From the NCBI RefSeq assembly GCF_001194135.2, contig NC_068998.1:39681085-39745084 (forward strand): a DNA stretch of 64,000 nt. The letters run 5' to 3'. Source of the DNA: Octopus bimaculoides. Lineage: Eukaryota. Under the pieces are notes generated by a model. It was not told where the DNA came from and searched no databases. It saw only the letters and a list, made by a program, of their open reading frames with translations. Position numbers and translations under genes: made by a program. This document shows positions 37,065-50,043 of this stretch, piece after piece (position 1 is the stretch's first letter; every line of letters begins with the position of its first letter).

Positions 37065-37620
37065 CAGGCATGGCTGTGTGGTAATAAATTTGCTTCCCAA
37101 CCACATGGTCCCTGGTTCAGTCCCACCACATGACACCTTGGGCAAGTGTTTTCTACTTATAGCCTTGGACTGACAAAAGCCTTGGGAGAAGTTTTCCCAA
37201 CCACATGGTCCCTGGTTCAGTCCCACCACATGACACTTTGGGCAAGTGTTTTCTACTATAGCTTTGGGCTGACAAAAGCCTTGGGAGTAGGTTTCCCAAC
37301 CACATGGTTCCCGGTTCAGTCCCACCACATAACATCTTGGGCAAGTGTCTTCTACAGCCTCGGGACGACAAAAGCCTTGGGAGCAGATTTCGTAGATGGA
37401 AACTGAAAGAAGCCCATTGTGTGTGTGTGGTTTATCCCCCACCACTGTTTGGCAACCAGTGTTTGTGTGCTCAAGTCTTATTAACTTAGTGGTCCAGCAA
37501 AAGGGATTAACAGAATAAGTATCAGACTTAAAAAGAAAATAAGTAATGGGGTGACTAATTCAGCTAAAATTTTTCTAGGCAATGCCCCAGCATGGCCACA
37601 GTCTGAAACAAGTAAAAGAT
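37065..37620 (+). mobile_element. SINE S1 with an internal triplication of about 99 bp
   Basis: Units start TTCCCAACCACATGG at 37094, 37194 and 37293, inside a single head and a single tail. Confidence 0.9.
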
Positions 37621-37770
37621 AAAAGAGGATTGTTTAATCATAGGTCTGCACTGTAGATCTATGATCAAATGCAACTTAGACCATCCATGTACTTTTAGAT
37701 ATAGTGCCGATAAAACTATACAAGCTAATATAATCCTTGTTTTATTTTTCTTAATACAGAAATATGTACA

Positions 37771-37808
<38 letters not shown>

Positions 37809-38359
37809 AAGAGAGAGAGNNNNNNNNNNAGAGAGAGAGAGAAAGAGAGAGAGAGAAAGAGAGAGAGAGAGATTTGGCTGCTATAAAGAAACTCACTGTA
37901 GTACTCAATGTACTATGGCTCAAGTAAATTTTAAAAACCTGATTGGATTATCAAGGCTGGAATGTCTTTAATCATTGGTCTGTTCAATCAGGGCTGAATG
38001 GTGACTAAACAACAATTTGGGGTTGGGGGAGCAGTCTATTCAGTTGTAATCAGTACCAACCAAGAGGGTGTCTATACAATCTGCTCACAACTACATCATT
38101 TATCTTTTACTTGTTTCAGTCATTGGGCCATGGCCATGCTGGTGCACTGCCTTGAACAGTTTAGTCAAACAAATCAACTGCAGTACTCATTTATTTTTAA
38201 GCCTGGTACTTATTCTATTGGGGTTTTTTTTTCTGTCTGAACTCCTAAGTTACAGGAATGTAAACAAACCAACACTGGTTGTCAAGTGGAGGTGGGGACA
38301 TACAAACTTAAGGACACACACAGCCATATGTGTATGTATGTGTGTGTGTGTGTATATAT

Positions 38360-38498
38360 TGTTGTATTTGGGGATGGTCATATTGCCAGTTTAGCCAATA
38401 AAAACACACGCACTGTATATGTGGTGTTAATTTGCTACAGTACAGTGCGTGTGTTTTTATTGGCTAAACTGGCAATATGACCATCCCCAAATACAACA
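38360..38498. mobile_element. Perfect palindromic MITE-like element (58-bp arms, 23-nt spacer)
   Basis: 38360-38417 is the exact reverse complement of 38441-38498. The termini are TGTTG...CAACA. Confidence 0.85.
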
Positions 38499-38544
38499 TC
38501 TGTTTCAACACACGATTTTACATCAAAAATCTTGCAAAACAAAT

Positions 38545-38585
<41 letters not shown>

Positions 38586-38784
38586 AATGACAGGCTTCTT
38601 TCAGTTTTTGTCTACCAAATCTAGTTACAAGGCTTTGGTTGACCTGGGGCTATAGTAGAAGACATTTGCCGAAGGTAACACACAGGAGGACAGAACCTGG
38701 AAACATGAGGTTCAGACGCAAACTTCTTACCACACAGCCACAGGTACCTAAAAGCAATTAGCAAAAGCATGATACAAGTTACAA

Positions 38785-39299
38785 CAGCAGTTTTCAACCA
38801 TTTTTTAAATCTATGGACCCCTTTGATTACTATTTCATTCTTGTGGAACCCCTAGCCATTCAATGTTTAAAAAACAAGTTTTATAGATGCTTCTTTGAAA
38901 ATTCTTATTTTTTTGTTTTTCCCCCATTCACTCATGTAAGTTTGCAATAGCACTCTTCTGAGAGAACAAATTTTAGTAGCCAGAAACATGTGGAATTAGG
39001 TAAAATACGAGAGAAAGAAACTTAGCTGTTTCTTGCAATAAATATATCTAAACTAAAATGTTTTTCATAGACCTTTAAAATACAACTCTTTTACTCTTTT
39101 ACCTGTTTCAGTCTTTTGACTGTGGCCATGCTGGAGCACCGCCTTTAGTCGACCAAATCGATCCCAGGACTTATTCTTTGGAAGCCTAGTACTTATTCTA
39201 TCGGTCTCTTTTGCCGAACCGCTAAGTTACGGGGACATAAACACACCAGCATCGGTTGTCAAGTGATGTTGGGGGGACAAACACACACACACAAACACA

Positions 39300-39345
<46 letters not shown>

Positions 39346-39601
39346 CGACGGGCTTCTTTCAGTTTCCGTCTACCAAATCCACTCACAAGGCTTTGGTCGG
39401 CCCGAGGCTATAGTAGAAGACACTTGCCCAAGATGCCACACAGTAGGACTGAACCCGGGACCATGTGGTTGGTAAGCAAACTACTTACCACATAGCTACT
39501 CCTATGCCTGTTGATCTTCAACTTACCAGTCTTCTAGCATGGACCCCAAAATTCTTATATAGACTCCCAGAGGTCATATAGATCCAGGTTGAGAACCACC
39601 G
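38785..39601. mobile_element. hAT (Charlie/MER5-type termini) non-autonomous element
   Basis: TIRs CAGCAGTTTTCAACC / GGTTGAGAACCACCG. 8-bp TSD AGTTACAA (38777-38784) versus TGTTACAA (39602-39609). Confidence 0.75.
39090..39510 (-). mobile_element. SINE S1, young full-length copy nested in the hAT element
   Basis: Near-consensus reverse complement of 77-489 with CpGs retained. Confidence 0.85.
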
Positions 39602-40356
39602 TGTTACAAGGTCACACTTGCTTGCAAGTGATGGCTATGCATTTCCTTTTTGGTGGGGGATGGGGCAAGAAATAAGCGCTTATAGAATAATTCTATGTAC
39701 AATGAAATGGGCTTTTCATCTTTACCTCACCCTCTCTTCCCTCCTTTTGATAATACAGATATCAAGGGTCTGTATATGAACTTGTTTGGAAATTGAACCC
39801 AACTCAAAGAAGATAGTTTTAAATAAATATAAAAGAAAACTTAAATAAAACCAAGTAGTGTGGGAACCAGCTTAATTTAATCCATTTACTGCCCTCCCCA
39901 CCAACCTGCTCGTCCAGCCATATTACTTGTTAGAGTTATATAAACAGATGCTTAAAGATGGTTGTTAGAACATTGATGTCAAGGAGAATGGGTGGAGGGA
40001 GGATATGAAGTGGTGACAGTGAAAACAGAGGAGGTGGTGATGATGGTGGCAGTGGAGGTGACAGTGATGGTGAGGGTAGTGATGATGACGATGATGGTAG
40101 TGATGGTAGCAGTGGTGATGATGATGATGATGATGATGATGACACTGTCAATGATGTTGTTAATGATGATAATGATTAAACAAACAAACAAACAAACCTT
40201 AATGACATGAAAGGAAGCCACAAAACCTAAGCTCATGGGGTTAGAGTGGTGGTGGCAGGGTAGGGATACATGTTTTAGCTTTGAAAGAAGAAGAAAAAAA
40301 AAGGACAGTGAAAAAGAAGAAATGTCCTTCGCTGAAATATTGTTACTCCTTCTTAC

Positions 40357-40404
40357 GTTCAAAATAATATAAACTCTCTAAATTTATGTTCTCTATCCAA
40401 TCTA
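40357..40404 (-). other. Candidate internal exon (48 nt, phase 1-1)
   Basis: TTGAC..AATTTTCAAG| ... AAC|GTAAGA. The single open frame is xDWIENINLESLYYFE. No homolog recognised. Confidence 0.25.
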
Positions 40405-41015
40405 CTTGAAAATTACGTCAATATATTCAGCCGCGATAACGACCAGATGTTGCCAACATACAGGTGTTGAACCAATGTGGGATCTGATATGTGGACACTT
40501 GACCTGCTAGAAATAGCAGATCTCTAAATCTCGCTCAATCACGCCTCACTGTCTTAATAAAAAGATTCCATTAATGAGGTTTTCGATTTCCTGTGTATTG
40601 GAAAAAAAAAAAAAGACATGATGGTCATGCCTGGAAGGTCTTTAATTATATGTCTGCCTCATCAGAGCTGACCAGGGGTTATACAACAACATACTAGAGA
40701 GAAACTGGTCTATAAACTTGGTTATTACAGTTTTCTTATTCCAGTTTATGGTCCTTACAAAATATATTTTTGTTGTTTTTGTTTAGTCTCAAATCAGTCC
40801 AAATTGAATAGTAAAACCTTTAATCAATGACATCCCAACTGTGACCATCCAGTCTGTATATCAGGAGCTACAGTGTCTAATGTATCCTCTTTTATTTAAA
40901 ATAAGAGGATGTGGTTTGAGGGAGATTTGGATGCTCTTTCTAACATACTGAATGACATGGATGTGGTACTGATGAAAGAAAAATAATTCTTGAAATATGC
41001 ATATACACTCATTAC

Positions 41016-41107
41016 CTATTTTCTTTATCTTCAATTATATTGTTTACATAGACGTATTCATTTATGAAAAATAATTTGCAGTGCTGGCACTGAATTCTAT
41101 AAAAAAT
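41016..41107 (-). other. Candidate internal exon (92 nt, phase 0-2)
   Basis: TTTATCTCTACAG| ... TAG|GTAATG. Open frame IFYRIQCQHCKLFFINEYVYVNNIIEDKEN. It is not phase-compatible with the neighbouring candidates. Confidence 0.2.
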
Positions 41108-43790
41108 CTGTAGAGATAAACTTAATAGTGAGTATATCACACTGCTAACACAAAGTGAGACACAATATTGACTTGTAAACCTATAATATACTTGGTAGTA
41201 TGTTATGGCTGCAAAACAAGGTACAGTATCCTTGCCAGTAATTAATATGCTATAAAGAAGATACATAGCTACATAGAGATGATGCATAGCTATTATGTTA
41301 TATAACATGCAGTGTGACTTAAGACAAAAAAGGGTTACAATTTCTAGTATGCAGAACAACTACATAGAGGCTCTCTTTACATAACATCTTATCATATAGT
41401 GAGGTGCAGAGGTTAAACATCTCTGATGGCAACTCAAGCACCTTCTGATGAGTCAAGCAGTTGCTTTGGTTTTAACATCATAAGAAAATGCATGATAAAG
41501 GTCTCCATGGACAGGATGTCCATCACAGATAATATTCCAAACTGATCTGATACTTATTTCCCCTAATTACAGAGTCAGGTGCAGGCATGGCAGTGAGGTT
41601 ACAAAGCTTGCTTTGCAATCATATGGTTTTAGGTTCAATCCCACTGCATAGTACCTTGGGAAAGTGTCTTTTACTTTGACTCCAAGCAGGCTAATGCTTT
41701 ATGGGTGAATTTAGTAGAGGGAAACTCTGGAAACTTGTAATTAATATTATATATATATNNNNNNNNNNNNNNNNNNNNNNNNNNNNNNNNNNNNNNNNNN
41801 NNNNNNNNNNNNNNNNNNNNNNNNNNNNNNNNNNNNNNNNNNNNNNNNNNNNNNNNNNNNNNNNNNNNNNNNNNNNNNNNNNNNNNNNNNNNNNNNNNAT
41901 ATATATTGATCAAAGTGTATAGTATTATACATCTATTATGGCTGATCTACCAATTAGTTTCACGTGGGGAGTGTTCAACAGGATGTTAGACAGCAGCTCA
42001 ATTATGTAACCCTGTTCTCTTCAGAGATGGCAATAATGGAAGAAAATGTGACAACCACTAGAAAGTCCTGTGGACTGCAGGTTCATGACTGATGAAAAAT
42101 CTCCCTATGTTAGCTCATTAGTGTTCCTTCTTTATCATACTCATCAAAATTTTATCCTCATTTTTAAGACAGTAGAAGTACAAGGACTTGGCTGTTGTTT
42201 CTAGCATATTGACTGACCATGTAGTAGTTCCATATAATCACAATTTCCTATCATACCCCAATATGCAACCAACACCACCACATATACCTACCCCTACCCA
42301 ACATTGCTTTGTCATGTGTCCTTGTAAAGTCCCCACTCCACAATCAATCACTCTTGTGGCTATAAAATGAAAAAAAACTACTACTACTACTACTACTACT
42401 AACACAACTATTACTACCACCCAGGACAAGCTGTCCAGCTGCTTTCTTTCCTCTCCCCACCCCCCACTCCTCTATCCACTGTCCCAAATGAAGAGGTCAC
42501 AATTAGTTGTAGAATTTCTGAATTTAGGCCAATAACCTAACATAAAAGAAGGATTAATAATATGAAGTCTTTTTTTCTTTTTTTATTTATTTGTGACTAT
42601 GTGTTTATTTTCTTCATATATTTTTATTTATTTAGCTTTCAGACAACCATCACCGCTACAACTACTAAATAATACTATGACAACACCACTACTACCACCA
42701 CCACTCTTCCATTACTACTACCACCACCACTCTTCCATTACTACTACCACCACCACCACTCTTTCACTACTACTACAACTAGTTCAACAATTATAATACC
42801 ATCACTACCACTACTACAATCACCACCACCACATGACCACTACCACTGCCACCATCACTACTACCACCACCATCACAATACCACTACCATCACCGCAACT
42901 ACTACTACTTGAACAGTAAAATTGTCAGCTCCAAAGACATGACCTTGTCACCTTGGTTCTACAAAAAAAAAAAAGAAGACATTTTGGCTTCTGCAATTTT
43001 GTTGTTGTTTTGGGAGTAAATGTTTTGAACTTTGTTGTTGTTCTTGCTGCCTACATCCTACCCCTTCTCCCCTCCAGTTGCTCTGATCCAACAGACACAA
43101 TGATCAAAGGTGTTCTAACCATGACCATCAATCACATTTTCTGTATTGAGCCTTTCCTTATTCAACCCTTTTGGTATGTGGCCAAAAAGACTAAAATTTT
43201 TTTTCTGTTGAGATTGGAATTCATGGGTGCATGTAGAAAACGAAGGACAAAGTACCTAAAACTACTTTATCAGTATGTAAAACTATATTATGAAGGCTTT
43301 ATCACAACAAGAAAACCTGAAACAACACAATACATGTAAATAAATAAAATAATAAGCATAAATGTTTCTGTGAAAAAAAATACAAAAAATACACTGAAAG
43401 ATACTCTCTGATTGGCTATTATACTTCAAAACCAACCATTCACAACGTTTGTTTCATCAGGCTGATGGACAGGCCTCAAATTCCTTTCAATTAATATCAC
43501 TTGGATTGATCAATTAGACCAGGTGTCCCAAAAGGGTTAAGATTAAGGTAAAAGTGCAAGCTTGGCTGTGTGGTCAAGAAGTTTGCTTCATAATCACATG
43601 GTTTTGTGAGTTCAGTCCCACTGTCTGGGGCATTGGACTAGTGACTTCTACTATAGCCCTATGCTAATTAAAGTCTTGTGAATAGATTTCATAGAACAAA
43701 CTAAAAGAAGACAGTGCTATGTATGTGTGTGCATATATGAGTATGTACATATATATATGTTTTTGTACGTGTGGTATGTGTGTGTGTATT

Positions 43791-44911
43791 CAGGGTATTT
43801 TCAGCTAAATTTGACAGTTTGCATAAAGGAAAAGCAAACACAATATCCCATCCAAAAATAAAAATATTTAAAAAATTAATAAATATCAGCTAGATTATGA
43901 CTGGAAGATAATAGTTTACTAAGTAGCTACCCTCAGCTTCTACCATAGCCTCAAGATGGCTCCAGAACCTAGCACGTGCATCCCTCACTGTGTCCCTGGG
44001 AAGATCTTTGAGCACATCCTTGATCTTGGCTACCAGCTTAGTTTTGGTGTTGCAGGCAGAGTGGTTGATGTCTTTCTCAACCATGCCCCATACATACTAA
44101 ACCATGGGATTACAATTAGGGGGATTAGGACTCCAGAAATTGGGGTGGGTGAAGTTATAGAAATTCAAAAACTACTTCTGACTCTTTCCAGAGGTATGGC
44201 AAGGGGTTACAGGGAGGGTGAATTGATGTAAATTTCGGAAAAATGATGACTTTGGTATTGTGGATTGTATTATAAGAGGTTTGCAACCTCATATATGGTT
44301 TGTTTTGTAAAGAAAAAAAGAACAAGGTTCTCGAGGGGCTATCAGTCGGCAGGCGCTGGTACCTCTCCCATTTTCATTTTTTATGTATTCATTTTCACCT
44401 GCAGCTTCTTTATGTTTATCTGTCTTTGTTTGTCCCCTCTATGTAACGCCGTATGGCGAATGTTTATGAAATGAAGGAGTTTGAATCCTGCTGCCACACA
44501 TGTGGACTTCCAGCAGCAACTCTTTCCTACCTGAGTTTGACCACAATCTACAGCAGTTTCACATAGCTGTCTGCATTGTGCCTAAGGCCTTGTTCAAAGA
44601 TGTGGGGTGGCATGACAACACCCTCGTGATGTCCATGTCACATCTTAGAGCCATCACAGTGTTCACAGAGCATTGAGCAGCAGCCATGATGTTGATATTT
44701 TGGATAGTGCAAATCATCAGGATACAGATAACTCTTTTCCAATATTCAGATGGCTTCCAGTCCTCCATGTCATCTAACATTTTCTCAACTACAACTTTAA
44801 TCTTTTCAATGCTGACAGTTCTTTCCAATTTTGACAGTTCACTAATACATCAAGCTGTTCCAGAAAAAAAGAAGACATAAAAAAATCGTCAAATTTAGTC
44901 TGAACACCCAG
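43791..44911 (-). mobile_element. Decayed Tc1/mariner transposon of the DD37D (maT-like) group, with an internal deletion and an insertion
   Basis: TIRs CAGGGTATTTTCAGCTAAATTTGAC / reverse complement CTGGGTGTTCAGACTAAATTTGAC. Reverse translation ..VVKL...VAAGSPHVWQQDS [insert] PCHTSGKSQK..NFYNFTHPNFWSPNPPNCNPM..YVWGMVEK...LEAMVEAEGSY. A putative N-terminal piece lies in ORF 44559-44828. Confidence 0.8.
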
Positions 44912-45166
44912 TGTGTATGTGTGTTAGTGTCTCCTTGTTTTGACATTGTATGATGGCTGTAAATGAGTGTCACGGTCATACAAGTGGTATCTTTTGTTTC
45001 CAATTTTCCATGAAACACATCTGGCTATGGGGAAGAATGTACCTTACTTGAAAACAGGTGAGAATTGGTAACAGGAAATATATTCCATCTGACCCAGACA
45101 AGCATTAAAAAAATGGACGTTATGATGATAAGATTATATATATGTATGTGTGTATATATATATATA

Positions 45167-45532
45167 TCATCATCGTTGTTTAACGTCCGCTTTCCATGCT
45201 AGCATGGGTTGGACGATTTGACTGAGGACTGGTGGACCAGATGGCTACACCAGGCTCCAATCTGATTTGGCAGAGTTTCTACAGCTGGATGCCCTTCCTA
45301 ACGCCAACCACTCCGAGAGTGTAGTGGGTGCTTTTACGTGCCACCAGCACGAGGGCCAGTCAAGTGGTACTGGTGACGGCCATGCTCGAAATGGTGTATT
45401 TTACGTGCCACCTGCACAGGAGCCAGTCCATCGGCACTGGCAACGATCTCGCTCGAATGTCTTTTCATGTGCCACTGGCACAAGTGCCAGGGAGGCGACG
45501 TTGGTAACGATCAACAGCCACGCTTGAAATGG
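45167..45532 (-). mobile_element. SINE-like family S3, young long copy with an internal tandem module
   Basis: S3 3' part plus three degenerate GC-rich units of about 62-65 bp beginning TTTTACGTGCCAC. Confidence 0.8.
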
Positions 45533-48235
45533 TATATATATATATACATATATATATATTCACACAAATGCACATGCATACATTCACAGATATGCATACA
45601 TATAAATAGTAGAAAGACAGTTGACCAAGATACTACACAGTGGAACCAAACCTGAGACCATGTGGACATGAAGCAAACTTCTTAACCACACACACATACA
45701 TACACACAGACAAGCCAATTATTTACACATTGCTATCTATATTCCACCCCACTCACCCCCACAAAAATCAATGTCATTAACTTAATAGGATTTAGATGAC
45801 AGAATACAACAGATGGTTTTACTACTTTAAGGTTTTAAGTAAATAAAGACCAAGCAATAATTCATTCATTCATTTACTCATTCATGACTCCTTGAATAAA
45901 TCCTGTTTTGAGAAATCTTTTTTTTTTCTTCTCTCTGTCTCTTTCCTATTTCCGTTCAGTGCTACACAGCACATCTGTCCGTCATAGTTCCAATAATATA
46001 TCAGCTTTTACAATGGAAAGAGGTTGCTAGCTCTCTTTACAACCTTCCCCCAACACTCTCTGGGAAGAAAGGAATGGTGTGAGTAGTGCCCAAGAATGCT
46101 TCCTATGAAGCAACATTACTGATACCTAGACAAGAGAGAGAGAGGGAGGGAGGCTGGGGTGAGTTAGAGGGAGAAAAGAATCAACCATATTATTCTAAAA
46201 GCAAAATTGAGCTAGGTTGCTTTTGAACTCAGAGAGCAGAAAGCCACAACATGTATTGCAAAGCATTTTGCCCACTGCTCCAACACCTTTCAATTCACCT
46301 TTTTATATTTTGAAAGTAAAGAGGTTCAATACCTGGCCACTCATCTTCGGAGATCACCCCCCCCTCTCTCTCTCTCTCTCTCTCTACCTGTCTTCCTTGT
46401 CATCTGTTATGGATGGTGTAAAATATTTTCCTGAGTACTCATCATCCATTCATATTTTTCATTCATACAGCCACAAGGCTCACTTCTGCATGCCCTTACC
46501 AATGTCCAATTAATGTCCAGCCATTCCCTCCAATCCATGTTCTGCCATTCATACAAGTTAACATCACACAAGGCTTCCAACAGACCATACTACCAGAATT
46601 TCTCTACAACTTGCAGAGTATTACAGATTTTCCACATTCAGTATTTCATATTTCTCACTAATATGCAACTTCACCTTTCTTCCACATGCTCCATACAGTT
46701 AGTATGTTTATATAAAATGCACGCATGCAGTCATGTCAATGTACAGGTATGGCCAAATGGTTAATTGCTTTACAATCATCAGGTCCCAAATTCAGTCCTA
46801 CTGTGTGGCACCACAGCAACCTCAGGTCAACCCTTGTTGATGAAATTGGACAGACAGAAATTATGCAGAAGCCTGTTATTAGCCCTTTTGATACAAACCC
46901 GCTCAAGACCATGCCTAGTTCTGTGATACAAACTTTCCATTTAAAATTATCTAAATCAAAATCTTCCTTGAAAATTTCATGTCAGTTTATGCTTCAAACA
47001 CCAGGTTAATAATGACAAAATTATTTTACTAAATTCTTCCTTATTTTCATAATAAATTGAAACAAAAACAGTGTATTTGAACAAAAATCTGATAACAAAA
47101 GCATTTATTCAGGAAACAGGTCGCACACACTGTGACAGAACTGCCCCTTTGATTTCTGCTTGAGGATTAATAATGTTAAAAGTACATGTGTATGTGGAGT
47201 ACTCAGCCACTTATAATTTATTAAAGTAGGCAAGATTTTTGATTGTACAACAGGAAAACTCATCATGGGGTGGGGGAGACCAACAGAAAATCCATTTACT
47301 TTTAACACAAGCATATAAATGAGCATATTTATGCTTATGTAAATATTCTGTTGTTTATCTAATAGAAATACAAGTATGACCTCTGTCACCCCTTCATGAT
47401 GCTATTACTGATAATTAAAAGGGTCCACAAAAATGAAATATCTCCCTACAGAGATACACAAGTTTTTTTTTTCAGGCTGTTAAGGAACATTGACACAGTT
47501 GACTGAGGAAATTTTGTTGCTATCTCTTGTAGGTCAAATTACACATTGCAGTCTTAGAAAGAAGGAAAACACTTCAGATAATGTAATCCTAGATAGTGTG
47601 AATGAATGAAAAATGAAATGGTCACAGAAAACACCTGTTACCAAAGGTTTTCTTGAATGGAACTGACTAAAGAATAAACAATACAGAGTGTATAGGAGTT
47701 GTGTTCCAACACAAAAGACAGACATGACAGCTTCACTAAGTTCTATCATGTCTATTAAAATGTTACCATGGAGCCAAGATATCACACTAAAATGTAACTG
47801 TTGTTAAATTCATCTTCTCTTGGAGACAAATCCTCAAGAATTCCTCTTCACCTGTTCATTCAAGAAGGTCACTCAGCTGTAGAAATGAGCTATGACATCA
47901 CTGGTGCCAAGTTGTATTGGCCGTCGCTTTTCCCTTGGGCAACATTGGTGATACAAAGAGGAGAGATTGATATGGATGGGCAACTGCTGGTCTTCCACAA
48001 ACAACCTTGCCCAGACTTATGCCTCATAAGGGAACTTTCTAGGTGCAATCCCATGGTCATTCATGACCAAAAGGTTTCTTTACCCTTTACCCCACAGGGT
48101 ATACATACTCCAGTTTGAGATCCCTAGATCTAGGATAATGAAAGCAAATACATGTAAAGACTGTAGGTAGCACCTCTGCATCCTCAAACGGAGGAGGAGG
48201 TGCTGCTGGTAGTGGCGGCAGTAGTCATAGTATTA

Positions 48236-48319
<84 letters not shown>

Positions 48320-48754
48320 AAATGAGAGTTAAAAAGAAGGGAGAAACAATAAGTAAAACAGAAGTAAAAGGCGGATGAAGTTAAAGAAAAAGTAGTTTGG
48401 TCGGTTGGTTGTGACTCTTTTTTTCTCTCCTTGTTAAGTGAAGTCACAAGCAACCAAATCATTATGTAATATGGGACCAGTGGTATTTTCTGCATGAATG
48501 CATGGCATGCAATGATGTAGATCCACCTAAGATATATTAAATGAATGCAAATAACAGACCAGAAAATTTTTAATAGAAATTTTTCATCTTTATGAGAGAT
48601 AGCTGGCAAGAAGGTACATACGTGCTACATGTATCCTACACCAATTAGATTGGCTTTGATTTTTGACATGGCATACTCTGGCTTTAAGTAAAAGAATTGG
48701 TTCTGCATAGAATAATTGGTTTGGTTGAGATGGAGATCAATTCTTTCTCATATC

Positions 48755-49225
48755 TTTCATCTTTTACTTGTTTCAGTCATTGGACTGCAGCAACACTGGG
48801 GAACTGCTTTGAAAGACTGTTGAGCTAATCCACCACTGGACATATCTTTTAAGTCTGGTACTTATTCTAAAGGTCTCTTTTACTGAACAACTTAGTTATG
48901 GGGATGTAAACAAACTAACACTGGTTGTCAAGCTGTTGTCGCAGAACAAACAAAAATAGAAAAACAAATTCATAATTAAACATATATACATATATATACA
49001 CACACACACACACACATAAATATGTGTATATGTGTGTGTATATATACACACCAACGCAACAAACTCCTACACGGTTTCCATCTACCAAATTCACTTGCAA
49101 AGCATTGATTGGCCCAGGGCTATAGTAACTGACATTTGCCCAAAGGTGCCACACAGTGGGATTGAACTTGAAACGATGGGGTTGCAGAGCAAGCTTCTTA
49201 TCCACACAGCCATGCCATCACCTAT
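48755..49225 (-). mobile_element. SINE S1
   Basis: Complete reverse-oriented S1. An oppositely oriented copy lies at 50365-50690. Confidence 0.75.
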
Positions 49226-49647
49226 GCACATAATGTCCTTTTTGCACACCACTTGAATACAATCTAGAGAAGTACTTTTAAGAATTTCATAACATAGAAG
49301 TGTAGCTGGAAGACTGGAATCCCGAACACCCAGTCTTCAATGATGTGATAACCCTAGTTATTTGTACATTAATCAATGGTAATGTTTGTACAAGTTGTAA
49401 GCATAGATAATCTGTAAGCCCCTGGCTTAAGAATAGAATGGTTCGACACCCCATCCCTGCCCAGTTACCACTGTCTTTGGTTACAGTAACAGAAGTCTTT
49501 ATCTTTGTTTATGAATTTATTTATTTATTACCCTTCACCCACTGTGCTGCTTCAAGATGTATCGAATTAATGACAGAGATTTACAGCACCCTATGTATCA
49601 TGATATCAATCTAGTAAGAAATTAAATAAGGTTTCATACACACAAAT

Positions 49648-49680
<33 letters not shown>

Positions 49681-49985
49681 TATTGAATATATGTTTATAT
49701 ATAATACAAGCAAGAACACAGAGAATGAATCTAGTACAACTTTATTAGTAGTTACAATTGTTTTTGTACCACTCCATTTCTAACCCCACTATACTTAAAT
49801 GATTCCATGTGAAAAACTATGCAATATGTGTAGTTGATTAGACTGGAGTGGAACTTCACCTAGCATTAAGTCATGTTTTTACACTGTGCCCACACACATA
49901 TATGCACACACAAAGATCTCAAACGGATGTGTTACAGTACTATTCCACATAAACAAAAAACAGCCATACCAACAATTCAACATAC

Positions 49986-50043
49986 TTCCATCATCAGCCA
50001 CAGATATCATTATGGTTTCAACACCTGGGCAGTACCATTCAAT
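49986..50043 (-). other. Candidate internal exon (58 nt, phase 0-1)
   Basis: TTGACAATGCCAG| ... GAA|GTATGT. Open frame IEWYCPGVETIMISVADDG. No homolog recognised. Confidence 0.25.

Noticed and set aside
37094-37390. Regularly spaced repeats resembling a CRISPR array
   Set aside because: The whole unit is repeated with no unique spacers, the context is eukaryotic and there are no cas genes. It is a SINE triplication.
43252-43310. Minus-strand segment with a good acceptor and donor
   Set aside because: All three frames contain stops. It could only be non-coding, and there is no supporting evidence.
45960-46078. Plus-strand exon candidate with a strong polypyrimidine tract (CYTAHLSVIVPIIYQLLQWKEVASSLYNLPPTLSGKKGM)
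   Set aside because: The pyrimidine tract is a (CT)-rich simple repeat, I recognise no homology, and no coherent plus-strand chain can be built.
46430-46720. Possible LINE C-terminal remnant on the minus strand
   Set aside because: Only a vague W.YG-like motif amid many stops, too degraded to call.
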